The translations under genes were made by a program, and so were the position numbers. DNA of 62,809 bases, filler included, from Chiloscyllium plagiosum (taxonomy: Eukaryota), in the NCBI RefSeq assembly GCF_004010195.1. It is 3 parts of one record of this genome, joined end to end, with 100 filler letters (N's around TTAATTAATTAA, not from the genome) between each part and the next. Parts side by side here need not be neighbours in the genome. Positions count along the whole stretch, not along the records: positions 17,847 to 43,315 come from NC_057717.1; positions 43,416 to 62,809 come from NC_057717.1; 1 more part is not named here. One strand, written 5' to 3'. Of this stretch, positions 38,194 to 51,379 are shown piece after piece. How positions within the stretch are numbered: position 1 is the first letter of the stretch; every line of letters begins with the position of its first letter. The notes below the pieces were generated by a model. That model did not search any database. It was given only the letters and a program-made list of their open reading frames with translations, and was not told the DNA's origin.

Positions 38194-39374
38194 TGAACGT
38201 TTGTTGTGCAAGTATGTCGTGGTACCAGTATTTCTGACCACTGGTCCGAACCTGGTAATGCTTGGTATTGTGCCAGGTTATCAAAAATCAAAAAGATGCA
38301 GGTTTTGGAAAGCTGAACTAAATACGAGAATTGATAGAGAAACCCGCTACACCTGGCAACATTTGTGGAGAGAAACAGATTTTTTTTTAGATGGACAGGA
38401 AACAGATTAGTTATAGATTTCTAGATTATACTTTTGGGAAAATGATAATCTTACCTGTCAAATCAGGATATTTATCAAAATCACTCGAGCTTAAAACTTC
38501 GAGTTTACAATCTTAAAAGGACTTAATCAGCTGTCACGCTACTTTCATTTTCCTGAGCTGGTGGAAGGCTATGTTTTAATGGCTACATTTCCTTTTGCTT
38601 TCTGTTATTTGGCAGTCACGCTGAATGGAGAATTGTTTCATTCAGTGTCTGCTTCAATATGTGTCTTCGTTTTTTCTATATTTGTCTCTGTATCCTCCTG
38701 GGCCTTTTTCACATTCTACGACTCTCTGGCTGTCCATATCCCTCATTTCCCATTTCTGCTCTTGAAAAACCTGACATTCAGAGACAGTTTGAGAGTCGAA
38801 CTGCTGAGAGGCTTTCTGACGCCTGGCTGGAGTCGGTCGAAGTAGTCTCACATTCTCTGGATAATGCGTCTGTCACTTCGACTTGAGGCAAGGAAATATT
38901 TCTTCCTCAAAATCTAAAGACCCTTTCGAAGTTAAAGTTGAATTCCTTATCCAACAGAAAAAGAAAGTAATTACATGATAGCTGAAGAAGAACAAGGATG
39001 CATTTACTGTTGGTGTACAACAAATGAATGGTGACAGCAGAGAATGAGGGTGGTCATGTCGTGGTGTCAGTGCCATTACCACTACATTCCCCGGGAATGC
39101 TGCAGTGTCTCCTGCCTCACCACTTAATTTCCACAAAACTGGGAATGAAGGAATGAGAATAAGAGGATGAGAAGCAGAAGTGCTTGTGGAACTTCGGGAA
39201 GAATCGCCAGGTTAAAATAGTAGTTAAAAAGAGCAACATACGCTACTGGATTTTCACCTAGAAAATGAAGCCGGAACTCGAAATCAGAATATATAGCAAT
39301 TCAAACAGGACACTGAGTTTCTCGATCAGCAACACAATACTTGTGAGAAATAACGAGCTTTCAATACAATGAGC

Positions 39375-39422
39375 AGGCACCAGTGTGATGGGAGGTGCTT
39401 TCATCAGCTAAGCCACGGAGCC
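39375..39422 (-). pseudogene. Internally deleted tRNA-Thr pseudogene
   Basis: Minus: GGCTCCGTGGCTTAGCTGATGAAAGCACCT...CTGGTGCCT; 5' half matches tRNA-Thr, anticodon and T arms are lost. Confidence 0.65.
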
Positions 39423-40074
39423 AAGTTAAAAACCAGATTTGTCGTCCATATGTGCAATGTCTGAACCACTTGATCACAGGAATTCGAAAACGCGTTTTCT
39501 GTATTAGCGTTGCTCAGTATGAATGGCAATCAAACTCCGCTTGTGCAAAAACAGACAATTCAATGCTGAGCATGCCCCACTGAAAAGGCACAGAAAAAGA
39601 CATCATCCTCTTGCATTGGCATCCAACAGATATTTTCATATTTTAAACCGACAGAATAAACAGGATATGCTCATCTCCTCTCGCGTCCCATTTACCACGT
39701 TAATACACATGCAGGGATTTTCAAACCAAGATGAACAGGCTCATTGTTGTGAATTGACAGCAGTGGTGTGTGAGTCATTGCGAACAGTGAGAAATAAATG
39801 CTGAACCAATAGCACTGACACTGAGCCTTGCACCATCAGCGCCACACTCACATCTTGTGTCATGTATCCTAGGCATCAGTGCATTTGACTTTAATTATTC
39901 TACCCTGCACCTCTCCTCAAATTATTCCCGACCGCTTGCAGTGTCGAATTAGTACATGCAATTATTAGAAATGCATTTCTGGGACACAGTTGTCTTTCAA
40001 TGAGATAAGATTCACTGCCCATCCCTAATTATCCCAAAGATGTAGGGGACGAGTTACTTTTGTCAACTCCTCAA

Positions 40075-40635
40075 AGACGCCACTCCTGACGCCACTCTGT
40101 CAATGTAACTCACTGAGGGAAGAGCAAACTGACGCCACTCAGTCAGTGTTACTCATCCAGGGAAGGGCTGACTGACCCCACACTCTCAGTGTAACTCAGC
40201 AGACTGATCCCACACTGTCAATATAAGTCATTCACTGAAGAGCAGTCTGACACCACTCTACAAATGTAATTCCCTCAGGGATGAGCAGACTGATCCCATT
40301 CTGTCTCTGGCACTCACCCAATGAATGAAAACTAACCCCACTCTACCAATGTAACTCGCCAGGGAAGAGCAGACAGAACCCAGACTGTCAACATAAATTA
40401 TCGAGGGAAGTGAATACTGACCCCGCTCTTTCTATTTCACTCAGGCAGGGAAGAGCAGACTGTCACCACTCTGTGAAAGAAATTCGCCAGGGAAGGGCAG
40501 ACTGACCCTACTGTATCTGCGTGATTGACACAGGTAAGAGCAACTAACCCAACTCTGTCAACGTATCTCCCTCAGAGAAGAAGACCCTGACCCCTCTCTA
40601 TCCATGTAGCTCACCCAGGAAACAGCAGACTAACT
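40075..40635 (+). repeat. 43-bp tandem minisatellite, about 13 diverged units
   Basis: Consensus approximately ACTGACCCCACTCTGTCAATGTAACTCACCCAGGGAAGAGCAG. Confidence 0.85.
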
Positions 40636-40659
40636 GTCTAGTTAAGATCACAAAAATCC

Positions 40660-40865
40660 TCTGAAGTACTTCCTATCCAGACACTCCTATTAAAGAGACA
40701 TCACTGTCTCTGTAACCGTGTACGTTCAATGACGATTCCAAATAACCTGCAAATGTTTAGAATGTGGCAGCAAACCAGAACAACCACACAGAAATTGGGC
40801 GAATGTGCAAACTTCCATCAGGCTGTCACCTGAACCTGGAATGGAAACCAAACCCGGCAGCAGTC
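40660..40865 (-). mobile_element. Old HE1/V-SINE-type SINE fragment
   Basis: aacctgcaaatgtttagaatgtgg...gaatgtgcaaacttcca. Confidence 0.6.
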
Positions 40866-42876
40866 GTGATTATAAAATGGTAGAACAGAAACCTAGCAAA
40901 AAGAATTGCGTCCCTGTGTGTTGCAACAATGCTAAGTATTAATTAAGCCTCCTCCCTGTCGTTAATTTCCATTTTCATCACTGCCAACCTTCTTCAAAGC
41001 AAAGCACGCACTTGCTTTTTTCAGACTTCCTATATCCCGCTTTTATCCCGCTTTTTACCGAATCCTATTTCTGACTTTACAAACTACGTCATAACAGGTT
41101 GACAACTACAGAATGAGCTTTGTTTCGTTCTCCACTGATGTTGATAGTGGTAATCCGGCATATTCGAGTAGGACTTGATGCACTTGCGGGTGGGGTATTC
41201 GCGGCATTTTGGCTTCTTTTTTTCATTTTCGGTCTACTATTTCGAGTTCATTGCGCAGACTTCTGAAGAAGACCTTTTAGAGTCTAAATGGTAACTGTGT
41301 TTTCTCTCGAAAGACAGACGTAGCTTTATTTCTGTTATCTTATACATTGATCTTCTTCTGATCTTTGCAAGTGAAATAGTGTGCCTTACTATTGCTCGGT
41401 TTTAGTTTCAAAATCAAGAGAAACATGAAGGAGAGAATATCAAAGAACACAAAGTTCTGAGTTGTTAAGATAATTTTTGCAGCAATGGTGGACATGAAGG
41501 TCAAATTACGATAACGGTTCAAGAACATTTAGTCTGTGGAAGTGGTATGTGACTTTAGTTCCAAATATATGTTTCCGTTCTTCCAGTACATCTTTTTGAC
41601 TCCCAGAAAACATTGATTGTTTTCTGTATTCACTTTGTTTCGCGACATCTGTCTTCTGGTCGACCAGGGACAATTTTAATTTGCGTCTGCATTGAATAAG
41701 ATTTCGGTCTTTCTTTCAAGAAGCAAACCTGTGCATTATGTACCACATATCATGCTGATGGCTAAGAAGTTCAAAATTAATTACAGTTTATGTATCGTGA
41801 GCAAGAATGAAGTGACCCACTTGCGAACAGATGTCACCACGCCATATTCCTACATCGGGCCTGAACGGTCCATTGGCAGAGTCTGCAGACAGGAAATGTC
41901 TAAGTGACTAGTCCTTTGTTCAGTTTGATTTGATACCAATGTAGTGCTGTTTTGGTGCAGAAATGTGTCAACATCTCTGACGTTAGAATCAAAATTTAAG
42001 TCACATCTACTCCGTGGATTGTCTTCTCATACCGGAACATGCTGACATGAAAACATCTAGTTCTGAGAGCAAAGGTGTTTCCATTAAAGTGGGAGTATGT
42101 TTAACTAAGCAATTCAGACAGCCAGGATGAATAATTGGCATTTGTTTCTTCACGCTGAGCTCTCCACACCAACTGCTCCAACGAAGGCCGAGGATAAGTT
42201 CCCCATCGATTATTTTGGTCAATTTTAGCCTCAACCACAACCTATTGTTCTGAACAATGCTACATCACAAGCAGAGGGCTAAGTCTGATTTTCATCGTTA
42301 ATTTTCAATTTCAATTCTTAATGCACAGTTTCTTACGAATGTGGACAGCAGAAGACCGTTAACATTCCATTTCTAGTATTCCCAGAAAATTCTTCTCCGC
42401 TTATATCGCCTTGCCTTTTCACATCGCAAGCCAGGAACCTGGATCAGTCGAGTTCCTTTCCACACACGGAGTTGCTTTTTTCTAATTCATTGACTGCTGA
42501 TATAATAAGATTATTGGCCTTGAGAGTCAGCTGTAAATTAGGTTGAACTTTCTCAGCTTTACTTTCAACTGATCCTAAAAAAAATCATCACCTGCAGGTA
42601 AGTGTATTGCATTGCATTGCTTCTTGTTTTGCTGAATTACACCCCCCGAACATCCAAATTTCACGATAGTTCGACAAATGTGTTGAAACTGTTTCGTGTT
42701 GGAAGTTGGTGGCTTTTTGTTTCTCGACATATAATTTAATTAATTAGATGACTGGGGCAGTCTTGAAATTACTTCGAATTCTTCATAGTTGAAAATTTAC
42801 TTTCGATTGAATGCAAAGCTCAAGCTCCACGAAATCCAAATCCTGCCAAGGAATTCATGACTTTTAAAGGATTCTA

Positions 42877-42958
42877 CGCTGTGAACAGGATTCGAACCTG
42901 CGCAGGGAGACCCCATTGTATTTCAAATCCAACGACTTAACCTCTCGGCCATCACAGC
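42877..42958 (-). tRNA. tRNA-Ser (anticodon TGA on a Ser-CGA-type body); possibly a pseudogene
   Basis: 82 nt; perfect acceptor stem GCTGTGA/TCACAGC, B-box GGTTCGAATCC, long variable arm; mismatches in the D stem and anticodon stem (TTGGA/TACAA). Confidence 0.85.
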
Positions 42959-43315
42959 TACGGAGAAAGACCCAGTTTTCATAGTAAAACAACTGAATTC
43001 ATGAATTATCTAATTTGTTGGAAGAACAAATTGGCAAGACCCAAATATTTCGCCAGATCCTTTGCAGAGACCCAGACGAACGTTACCTTAGCAGATTGAC
43101 AGGCTTTCACCGCAAACTAGATTCTGACACAGCTGAAGTTGTGGGAATGATTCTTCATCGAATTATAGAGTCACGGATGTACATCACACGAAGGGAGGAT
43201 CATTGTCTCACTGCTTACGATCGATTTTGACTCAATTGCTCATCATCTGGTGCCAAATTAGATATGCTGTTGTGTTTTAATATTCATCGAAATATGGTAT
43301 TAGAAAAATTGATGC

Positions 43316-43415
43316 NNNNNNNNNNNNNNNNNNNNNNNNNNNNNNNNNNNNNNNNNNNNTTAATTAATTAANNNNNNNNNNNNNNNNNNNNNNNNNNNNN
43401 NNNNNNNNNNNNNNN
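43316..43415. other. Assembly gap with artificial spacer
   Basis: 44 N + TTAATTAATTAA + 44 N. Confidence 0.95.
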
Positions 43416-43720
43416 GGGAGGGTTGAAAGAGCTGACGGTGCTCAGTGAGTTTGGAGGAGGTTAGAGAATTATGGAGCAGCAACGATTCGGCAGAATCATA
43501 CAGCCGGGGAGCAGTAAAGGAGCTGGCGATGGGTAGGCAGACAGTGATGGGTGTTGCATTGGGGAGGAGAATTGAGGAATAGAGAAGTCTGTAGGTGCTG
43601 GAAGAACTTAACAACGATAGATATTGCTATAGTAACTGATGGCGATTATGGTGATCGGGAGGGTTACTGAGATACAAATGAAGACGTCGAGGAGACGATA
43701 GGAAAAGATGCAGAGATCCA
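43416..43720 (+). repeat. G-rich ~37-bp minisatellite remnant
   Basis: ttggaggaggttagagaattatggag-type units. Confidence 0.55.
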
Positions 43721-43724
43721 GATG

Positions 43725-44090
43725 GTGCGTGCAGCTTCACCTCTCATTCAATAACACTCAGTAGCAACAATGTCTGACATCTACACGATGCTCTGCAGAA
43801 ATTTACCAAAGCTCCTTTCAAAGCCCCTTTGAAACTACCACCCGCAAGAAGGACAAAGGCAGCTGATAGTTGGGACCCCCAATACGGTCACGTTTCGTTC
43901 CACCCACCAACCTGAATTGGAAAATGTTGTTCCTTCAGTGTCTTCGTTTCAAGTTCCCTCCTTAATTGTATTGTAAGTCCACGTACGGCACATGGGCCAC
44001 AGCGTTTCAATGTGGCAGCACAAGACCATCTTCTCAATGGCATCACGGGATGAGCAATACATACAGTTCCTACCACATTCCCGGAATAAA
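43725..44090 (+). mobile_element. Old LINE 3' end sharing its tail with SacSINE1-like SINEs
   Basis: aatgtggcagcacaagaccatcttctcaatggc...gggatgagcaata...ccacattcccggaataaa. Confidence 0.55.
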
Positions 44091-45549
44091 CTAGAATGGA
44101 AAATATTGTCCTGACATGCTGGGCACTGAGGTTTGGGATTTGAGATCACAGGCTGGTTTGGTCCAGTTAGTATCCTGCTTGTTCTGAACAGCTGAATGAA
44201 TATGCTGATTGAAAAAAAGTCACAGGCATAACGTACATACCTCGCATGACACAGGCACTGGCATTCACATACCACATCACTGAACTGTGAGGTGACAGAG
44301 GCAATCGAAATTGTACTTATAACTGACTGTAGAATATTTAGACAACACAGTGATATTGTTCCATTAAATCTATTGTGTGTGAATATAAGCACTCCATGTT
44401 AGTACATGGGAAAATAACTGCACATTTCGAGGCCCTTGCATTTCATAATTAGTTCTTGGGTGTGTAACCAGACTCATATTTCAAAACTCCAACTGTGATG
44501 GGTGCATTGCTTTCATCATATTAAGTCATAAAAGTGGACTGAAACAAGTGGATTTTGTGCTTATTGGAATATCGACTATCAGTGAAGAGATTTTGCTGCT
44601 AAAATTCAGAACAATGCTGCAATTATTTACATAGACATTTCCAGCTCAAGTCGCACACAAGAACGTTGGGCTGGGATCATCCTGGCGTCAGTGGAGCTGC
44701 GCAATTCTGCTTGGATAATGATGTAGAGCTGAAGTACACTGGATATGGTTTATGGAGGGTTCCGCATAAGACAACGTGCTGCAGATATCATGCATGGTGT
44801 CAGGTGATTTTTACAAATGTTGAAACTGCATTTGCACCAGCATCCAGTCTCCACCACATATTTCCCTGTTGTTCAGATATGTCACTAGCTGGTCTGTTGT
44901 AATGGAATTTGTGAACAACTGTCCAGCTCGAGCTTGGAAACTCTGTGGGCAGATTTTGGAGAGTGTTGTGGAGGTAGTGGTGAGGCGTTGTAACACCTTG
45001 TCTGAATTCAAGCATTATTCAAAATCATTGTCAACCGCTTGCATACTGCAAGATCGTGTTCCCTTATCTGAACATGAATTAGTTGCTTTCTGCAGTCACT
45101 GAATTGTGTAATAGTTCGCTTAGTACACTGGTAATTTAAATATTGTTCTCTTCAATAATTTTAAACTAAAAATAGTGCTGTCTGCTTTATTTAAAAATAT
45201 ATAAGACATAAGTAGATATCAACTCTTCATTGAACAATATGTAGAAGTCACTTGCCATACGTTTCCTACAGGCTAATCAAGGTACAGACATAAATTGTCT
45301 GTAAAACAGGATTCATGAACAGGGCTATGTGCGAGATCAACCAAAGGTGAGGTGTCCGTGAGGTGCAGTGAGCCATCTGCAGCAGCAGAATCATATTCTG
45401 TACAACTCATTCAGACTGCAACCTCATGGGCCGACACATTCCCACTGCACAGTAAGCTTCACGCCAGGAAGCACCCTCGTTCAAACAAAAGTGCAGAAGG
45501 ATACCTCATTATCAGCCCCAAACAACCTGGGGAAGCTCGTCCTTAGCTA

Positions 45550-46795
45550 AAAAAGGACGATAAATGCTAAACAGCATAAGCAGCAAGTCGTGTACAGAAC
45601 TCAGCGATCCCACAACCAATGTTCAGATCTATCTCTGCGGCCTTGTTCCAATTCGTCACAAAAATAGTGGACAACGAAAGAGACCATTGGAGGAGGAGGC
45701 TGCTCTCCAACAATGAAGTCCCCAGTTATGGGGGAGCGCAACACATCAGGGAAAATATAAAGCTGCTGCATTTGTAACAATCTTCAGCCAGAAGGGGTGA
45801 GAAGATGATCCATTTCAGCGACCTTCACTGGGCCCAGAATCACCGACACAAATTTTCTGACAATTCGATCCATTCTGCACAAATTTAAGAAATGGCTGGA
45901 GACACTTGAAACTGTTATTAAACTCCAGACGCTGGCACATCTCTAACCCAGCTGTTCTATTTCAGTAAGAACATTGACATCTATCAACAATGTGATAAAT
46001 TGCCGAAGTATGTCCTGTACACCTTAAGCAGGGTACTGGCACTGCAGACAGTCATTGACCCATCAGTGTACGGTCTATCATGTAAATGTGAAGGACGGTA
46101 TCAGCAATAATGTGTTCGATCAGCAATAACCTGTTCTGTGACATCCAGTTAGTGTCTTGTCAGCCTGACTCAGCTCCTGACCCCATTGCCAGCTTCAATT
46201 AAAAGACTGAAATTCCAAAGAGGCGATATGTGCAATTACACTTAACATCAAGGCGCCATTTAATAGTGCGTGACAACAGGAGCCCGAATAAAATTATAGT
46301 TCGTCAGAATCTTGGGGAAGTACTCTCCGGGTTGGAATAATCACCAGCAACAAAACTAATTATTGTCCGTTTCGTAATTCAAACTCCAGAACAGCTCTAC
46401 AGCCATTGCTCAGGAAAGAGAGAGCCCTAGGCTCAATAATGTTCACCGGCTGCAATGACCCATTCTCCAATATTAGGTCAGACGTGGGAACGGTTACTGA
46501 TTATACAATTCCTGAAATAGTCCATGGCCATTGCCACAAGCCTTGGAAAACGTTCAGGTTTTCTCTGACAAATAGCAGTTAATGTTCACGTCATACAAAT
46601 ATTAGCCAAGTACGACAGTCAAGAATCAAACCATCCTTCTTTGATATTCAATTACATTACTATCACTGATTACCCAACCTGGTATTTGTCACCATCCTGC
46701 GTGCTACCATGAACAGAAATTGCTCTGGACTAGCTATATCAATAATGTTGTCTACAAGAGAAAGTCAGTGGCCAGGAATTTGGCAAAGCCTGTGA
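45550..46795 (+). mobile_element. Ancient CR1/L2-type LINE RT remnant
   Basis: Degenerate RT-like motifs (cttaacatcaaggcgccatttaat, ctcaggaaag...ctaggctcaataatgttcacc); heavily mutated. Confidence 0.5.
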
Positions 46796-47296
46796 TTGAA
46801 TGGACCACCTGGGAAAGAACTGGTTGTGGGTCAAGCTAAAACATTTAAAATACATTTAGATAAGCACATCATTATGAATGGTTTGGATGGATATGGGCCA
46901 ACAACATGCAGGTGGGACGGGCTTTGTTTTATATTACGGTTCATTAAACCGAAGCATCCGATTCCACTCTGTGTTTCTCCATATCTACGAATATAATGTT
47001 GTTTCATTATTTTAAAACATCGCAATGGAAATCCAGGGAACTAACCACCAATTAGCCAGATGTCAGTAGTGGGGTAGTGACAGTAGTAATTATGCTGGAC
47101 AGGAGTTTCATGCATATGGAAAGGTGGATTGATTACGGACAGTCAGAACGGCTTTGTACACACAAAGTCACGTTTCTAAAACGTTATTGTGTTTGCTGAA
47201 GAGGTGACTATATGTTGTCTATACTGAATTCAGCAGGGTCTTTTACAGGGTTTAAGTGGTACACTCGTTAGTAAAATAAGGTCACAAGCGATCAGA

Positions 47297-47796
47297 NNNN
47301 NNNNNNNNNNNNNNNNNNNNNNNNNNNNNNNNNNNNNNNNNNNNNNNNNNNNNNNNNNNNNNNNNNNNNNNNNNNNNNNNNNNNNNNNNNNNNNNNNNNN
47401 NNNNNNNNNNNNNNNNNNNNNNNNNNNNNNNNNNNNNNNNNNNNNNNNNNNNNNNNNNNNNNNNNNNNNNNNNNNNNNNNNNNNNNNNNNNNNNNNNNNN
47501 NNNNNNNNNNNNNNNNNNNNNNNNNNNNNNNNNNNNNNNNNNNNNNNNNNNNNNNNNNNNNNNNNNNNNNNNNNNNNNNNNNNNNNNNNNNNNNNNNNNN
47601 NNNNNNNNNNNNNNNNNNNNNNNNNNNNNNNNNNNNNNNNNNNNNNNNNNNNNNNNNNNNNNNNNNNNNNNNNNNNNNNNNNNNNNNNNNNNNNNNNNNN
47701 NNNNNNNNNNNNNNNNNNNNNNNNNNNNNNNNNNNNNNNNNNNNNNNNNNNNNNNNNNNNNNNNNNNNNNNNNNNNNNNNNNNNNNNNNNNNNNNN
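47297..47796. other. Assembly gap (500 N)
   Basis: Run of N. Confidence 1.
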
Positions 47797-48241
47797 CCTC
47801 CCACTGGTTGGAGTGTGTGGAACTGGGCTCATATTCTCTGGCCTCAGGCCTAAGTATCTGTCACTTAGGCCTCAGGCCTTCGACATGTTTCCTTTTAAAT
47901 TCCAAACACAATTCATAATTCTTTGCTTTTCGTGTCTAATTAATGAACAATGAAAGCAGAGAGTGATCAGCGTGTGAGTTTCCGCAGTGATTCCTGCATC
48001 ACCTCGTTCTTCCCAACAAACTGAGAATGAAGGACGGAGAATAAACGAGGAGGTGAAACAAACGCGCTTCTAGAACCGAGGTAAGAAACTCCAATTATAA
48101 TTAGCAGAACAAAACATTCATTGATGGGGCGAAAGCAGTCGGTTTGAGTAAGACCAAATGTCAACAGAGTTGCCACCTTCGAGATGCTGCATCAATAACA
48201 CAGCACTAGGAAAAACGTCAAACAATGTCCTCGACAGAGAC

Positions 48242-48315
48242 AAGCAGCATGGGGAACAAAACCAAGAATCTGCTATTTATGAGAGTGGTGCTTTAACCAA
48301 GTAATTAACAGTGGC
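48242..48315 (-). pseudogene. Decayed tRNA-Thr pseudogene
   Basis: Minus: ...TTGGTTAAAGCACCACTCTCATAAATAGCAGATTCTTGGTT...; fits Thr(CGT) with CpG decay to CAT; same unit position as 39375 and 52715. Confidence 0.6.
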
Positions 48316-48588
48316 ACAGAGTGCGTGCGCTTTCCCATCCATATGAGCAATCCCTTTACCACACACTCTCAGTAACTCAGATTCTTTTTTTTCTGCATTG
48401 AAGCTGCTCAGTGAGAATTTCAATCAATCCCCGCTTTTGCAAAAACAGACAGCTGAACATTCTCCATTAAAAATACACAGAAAAAGGCCATCTCCTCTTG
48501 CATTGGCTTCAAATTGACATTCTCACATGTTTAGACTGACAGCATAAATGGGATGCTTTAGTCCTCTCGTGCCCATTGTACACGTTAT

Positions 48589-48589
<1 letters not shown>

Positions 48590-48669
<80 letters not shown>
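48590..48669 (+). repeat. (CA)n microsatellite, about 40 units
   Basis: Perfect CA run. Confidence 1.
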
Positions 48670-48670
<1 letters not shown>

Positions 48671-50042
48671 AAAAGGAACCGGGTTATTGTGGTGAATTTT
48701 GCTGCAGGCTGTGTGAGTCAGTGTAAACAATGAGAAGTAAAGGCTGACTCATTACAGTCGACACGGAGCCCGGTGCCAGCAGCTCCAGACCCACATCCTG
48801 CCTCATGCCTGCAGTGCATCATTATATTCACATTTATTTCACTGCCGTACTCCACTTCTCATCGTATTCCAAAACAATTGCAGTTGTGCGATTAGAACCT
48901 GCGACTTTAAAAACGCATTCTTGGGATGAAGGCATCAATCAATTGGATAGGATTCACTACCCACTCCCAATTACCCCGGAGATGGCCGGGATGGAATAGT
49001 TTCTGAACTTTTGAACCTTCGCACCGGGGTAGAGAAACCATGCTGCTCGGAAAGGAGTTCCAGGAATTAGAAACAGCGACATTGAAGTAACAGCGAGATA
49101 TTTCCAACTCAGAAAGGTAAGATGAATGAAGGGGGAGTTGTCGTGGGGGTTTCCCCGTGTATGTGCTGCCATTGTCCTTTTAGATGGATGCAGACAATCA
49201 CTGGACTGATATTGGCAGGATGCGCATGTGCATTCTGTGTGGAACCAGGTATTTGCTTCATTCAGATAATTCACAAAATGAGAAATACATCTTAATTTCC
49301 TGACTGGGAATTATATCCCGTTCTGGATGATAAAAACTCGGACTATGAAGAGGGACCAACCGTCCCAACACCCCCTCCACTCCCCCAAAAGATGCTGCAA
49401 GTCACCCTTGCCACTTGACTTTGACACACTCCGATTTCTGTCCTTTATGTCATAACCACCTTCGGCAGCAATGTTGCACTCTGCAAGTTTCCTAACAGTT
49501 TATATTCTCACCATGAGTTTCAATGTGAAGAAATCAGAGTTGTGATAATCTGATATTGTTCAAACGTTGCACTTCAGGAAGGTGCAGAATATGCTAATGC
49601 TGATAGTGGCTCGTTTTGAGGCGCTGGGTCACTGTGAAGGGGCGGCACCAATAAAGGCATCGTTCAACTCGTCTGACTATCGAGTACTGGCTCGAAATGA
49701 CCAGACTTGTTTCACTGAATTAGTTCGAGTTCTTGACTGGAAGAGACCATGACTAGAAATATGAAAGGACATTTCATTGGTGTGGATCATTTAATAGCGC
49801 AGTGACTGTGAATAAAATGATGGAAACATCCAACAGAGGAGGAGGTGATCCTGAAGCAGGCACCTGAGGACAAATATGTTCCCTTTGCCAGTGAAAGGCA
49901 CTACTTCACAAAGTGGGACTTTCGAAGTGAAGCAGTGATATTGATTTTGTTTGCTGGTTGTTCACCTTCTCAAAGTTCTTTCTCCCGCTGCCCATGTTTA
50001 AATTACATATCGACAAGCTATCAAGGCAGAAGGCTCCATGTT

Positions 50043-50116
50043 GAGCCAGTGGCGTAATAGGTAATGTGTCTGGCAGTGGATCAAAAGACTGTAGGTTTGC
50101 ACACCACCTGGCACTT
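50043..50116 (+). pseudogene. Decayed tRNA-Arg(ACG)-like pseudogene
   Basis: gagccagtggcgtaataggtaatgtgtctggcagtggatcaaaagactgtaggttt compared with recalled GGGCCAGTGGCGCAATGGATAACGCGTCTGACTACGGATCAGAAGATT. Confidence 0.65.
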
Positions 50117-50864
50117 GTGGAGCATTCTATTTTGCTTTACTCCCCCAACCCCGGCTGGAAAATTGCAGGTTGATTGTCATGATCTCAGCTGCTGCAGGAA
50201 TTGCATCAGTGCACTTTTGAGTTTGAAAGTTGCATTTAGGTGTGTTGCAGCTTAGTATCCGATAGATATTTTGTCAGGTCCTGAGGAGCTTCAGAGTTTG
50301 TATCAGTGTATTTTCGTATTTGAAAGTTGAATTTCGCTCCATTGCACCTTTTTAATTCCAGTTCTCCAGAAGGGCTCTCATTGTCTGTCGAACTGGCTTG
50401 TGTTCCAACTAAAGCTCTCTTTTGTCAGACAACTTGGTGGGGGTGCGGAAAGCGGAACTGAAGCATAAGAACCTATTACAATCCTGAGACCTCTGCCCCT
50501 CTCGATGTGTGTGTCAGTGGTTCTCTCTGTGTGGGTAAAAATCTTGATGTTTTCCTCAAGTGAGTTACAAGACAGGGTGACCATGTCTAATTGCAATCCT
50601 ATTGTGTCATTTACGATGACAGGGTGAATGTAATTGACATTTGCACTCGAATCATCTGAACACACAAGTTTATGGGCCAATGCTGGAAACTGGAGCAAGA
50701 ATGGTTGGCTGTCTGATGAGCTGCATTGAACGGTGGACTGAATTATCTTTTCCCACTTTGCTAAACCTCAAAGACAAGCGGAAGCTAATCTGCAGTGAAT
50801 ATAGTCAGAAATGAAAAGACAAAAGTAGTTTTATTGAGAATAAATACGACAGTTTCCGTCGCCT

Positions 50865-50936
50865 TCCCTTGGAATCTAGTGTTTAGAATGCCGCGTTCTC
50901 ACCACCGTGGCTCAGATTCTGTTCTCGGTCAGGGGA
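50865..50936 (+). pseudogene. tRNA-Glu(CTC) pseudogene
   Basis: 72 nt tcccttggaatctagtgtttagaatgccgcgttCTCaccaccgtggctcagattctgttctcggtcagggga; anticodon kept, B-box broken. Confidence 0.8.
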
Positions 50937-51379
50937 TGGTTGATTCGATCTGCAAACATATTGTATTAACAGTATTTTTAATCGATTTACCGAAGCTGGC
51001 AATCATTATTCTTGCCCCAAACGTTATTAAGGTTAACATAAAACAAACAGCTGCAGAAGCTTGAAATCTGGACCAAAAACAAGAACGGATACTGGAACTC
51101 TGCAGTTCTGGCAACATCTGTGGAGAGAACTCGAGTTAACATTTCATAATCGACAGACGCATGGTTGTTATACATTTCTGTATTATAATGCCGGGAAAAT
51201 AATCAGTTTATATGTTGTATCAAGGTATTTATCAAAATGTCTCATTTTGCTGCAACCGTCAAATTTACAAATTCAAAAGGACTTTATTGGCTGCAATACT
51301 GCTACTGTTGCCCTGAGCTGGTAAAAGGCTGTGCTCAGACAGTTAGATTTATCCTTCCCCTCCACTGCATAAGTCGTCA

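Noticed and set aside
40075..40635. CRISPR-like array
   Set aside because: Units are adjacent and diverged, with no unique spacers, no cas genes and a vertebrate context.
41846..41922. Possible tRNA-Glu(TTC) remnant; also Gln-like at 54801-54870 and Trp-like at ~56260
   Set aside because: Similarity too patchy to separate from chance by eye.
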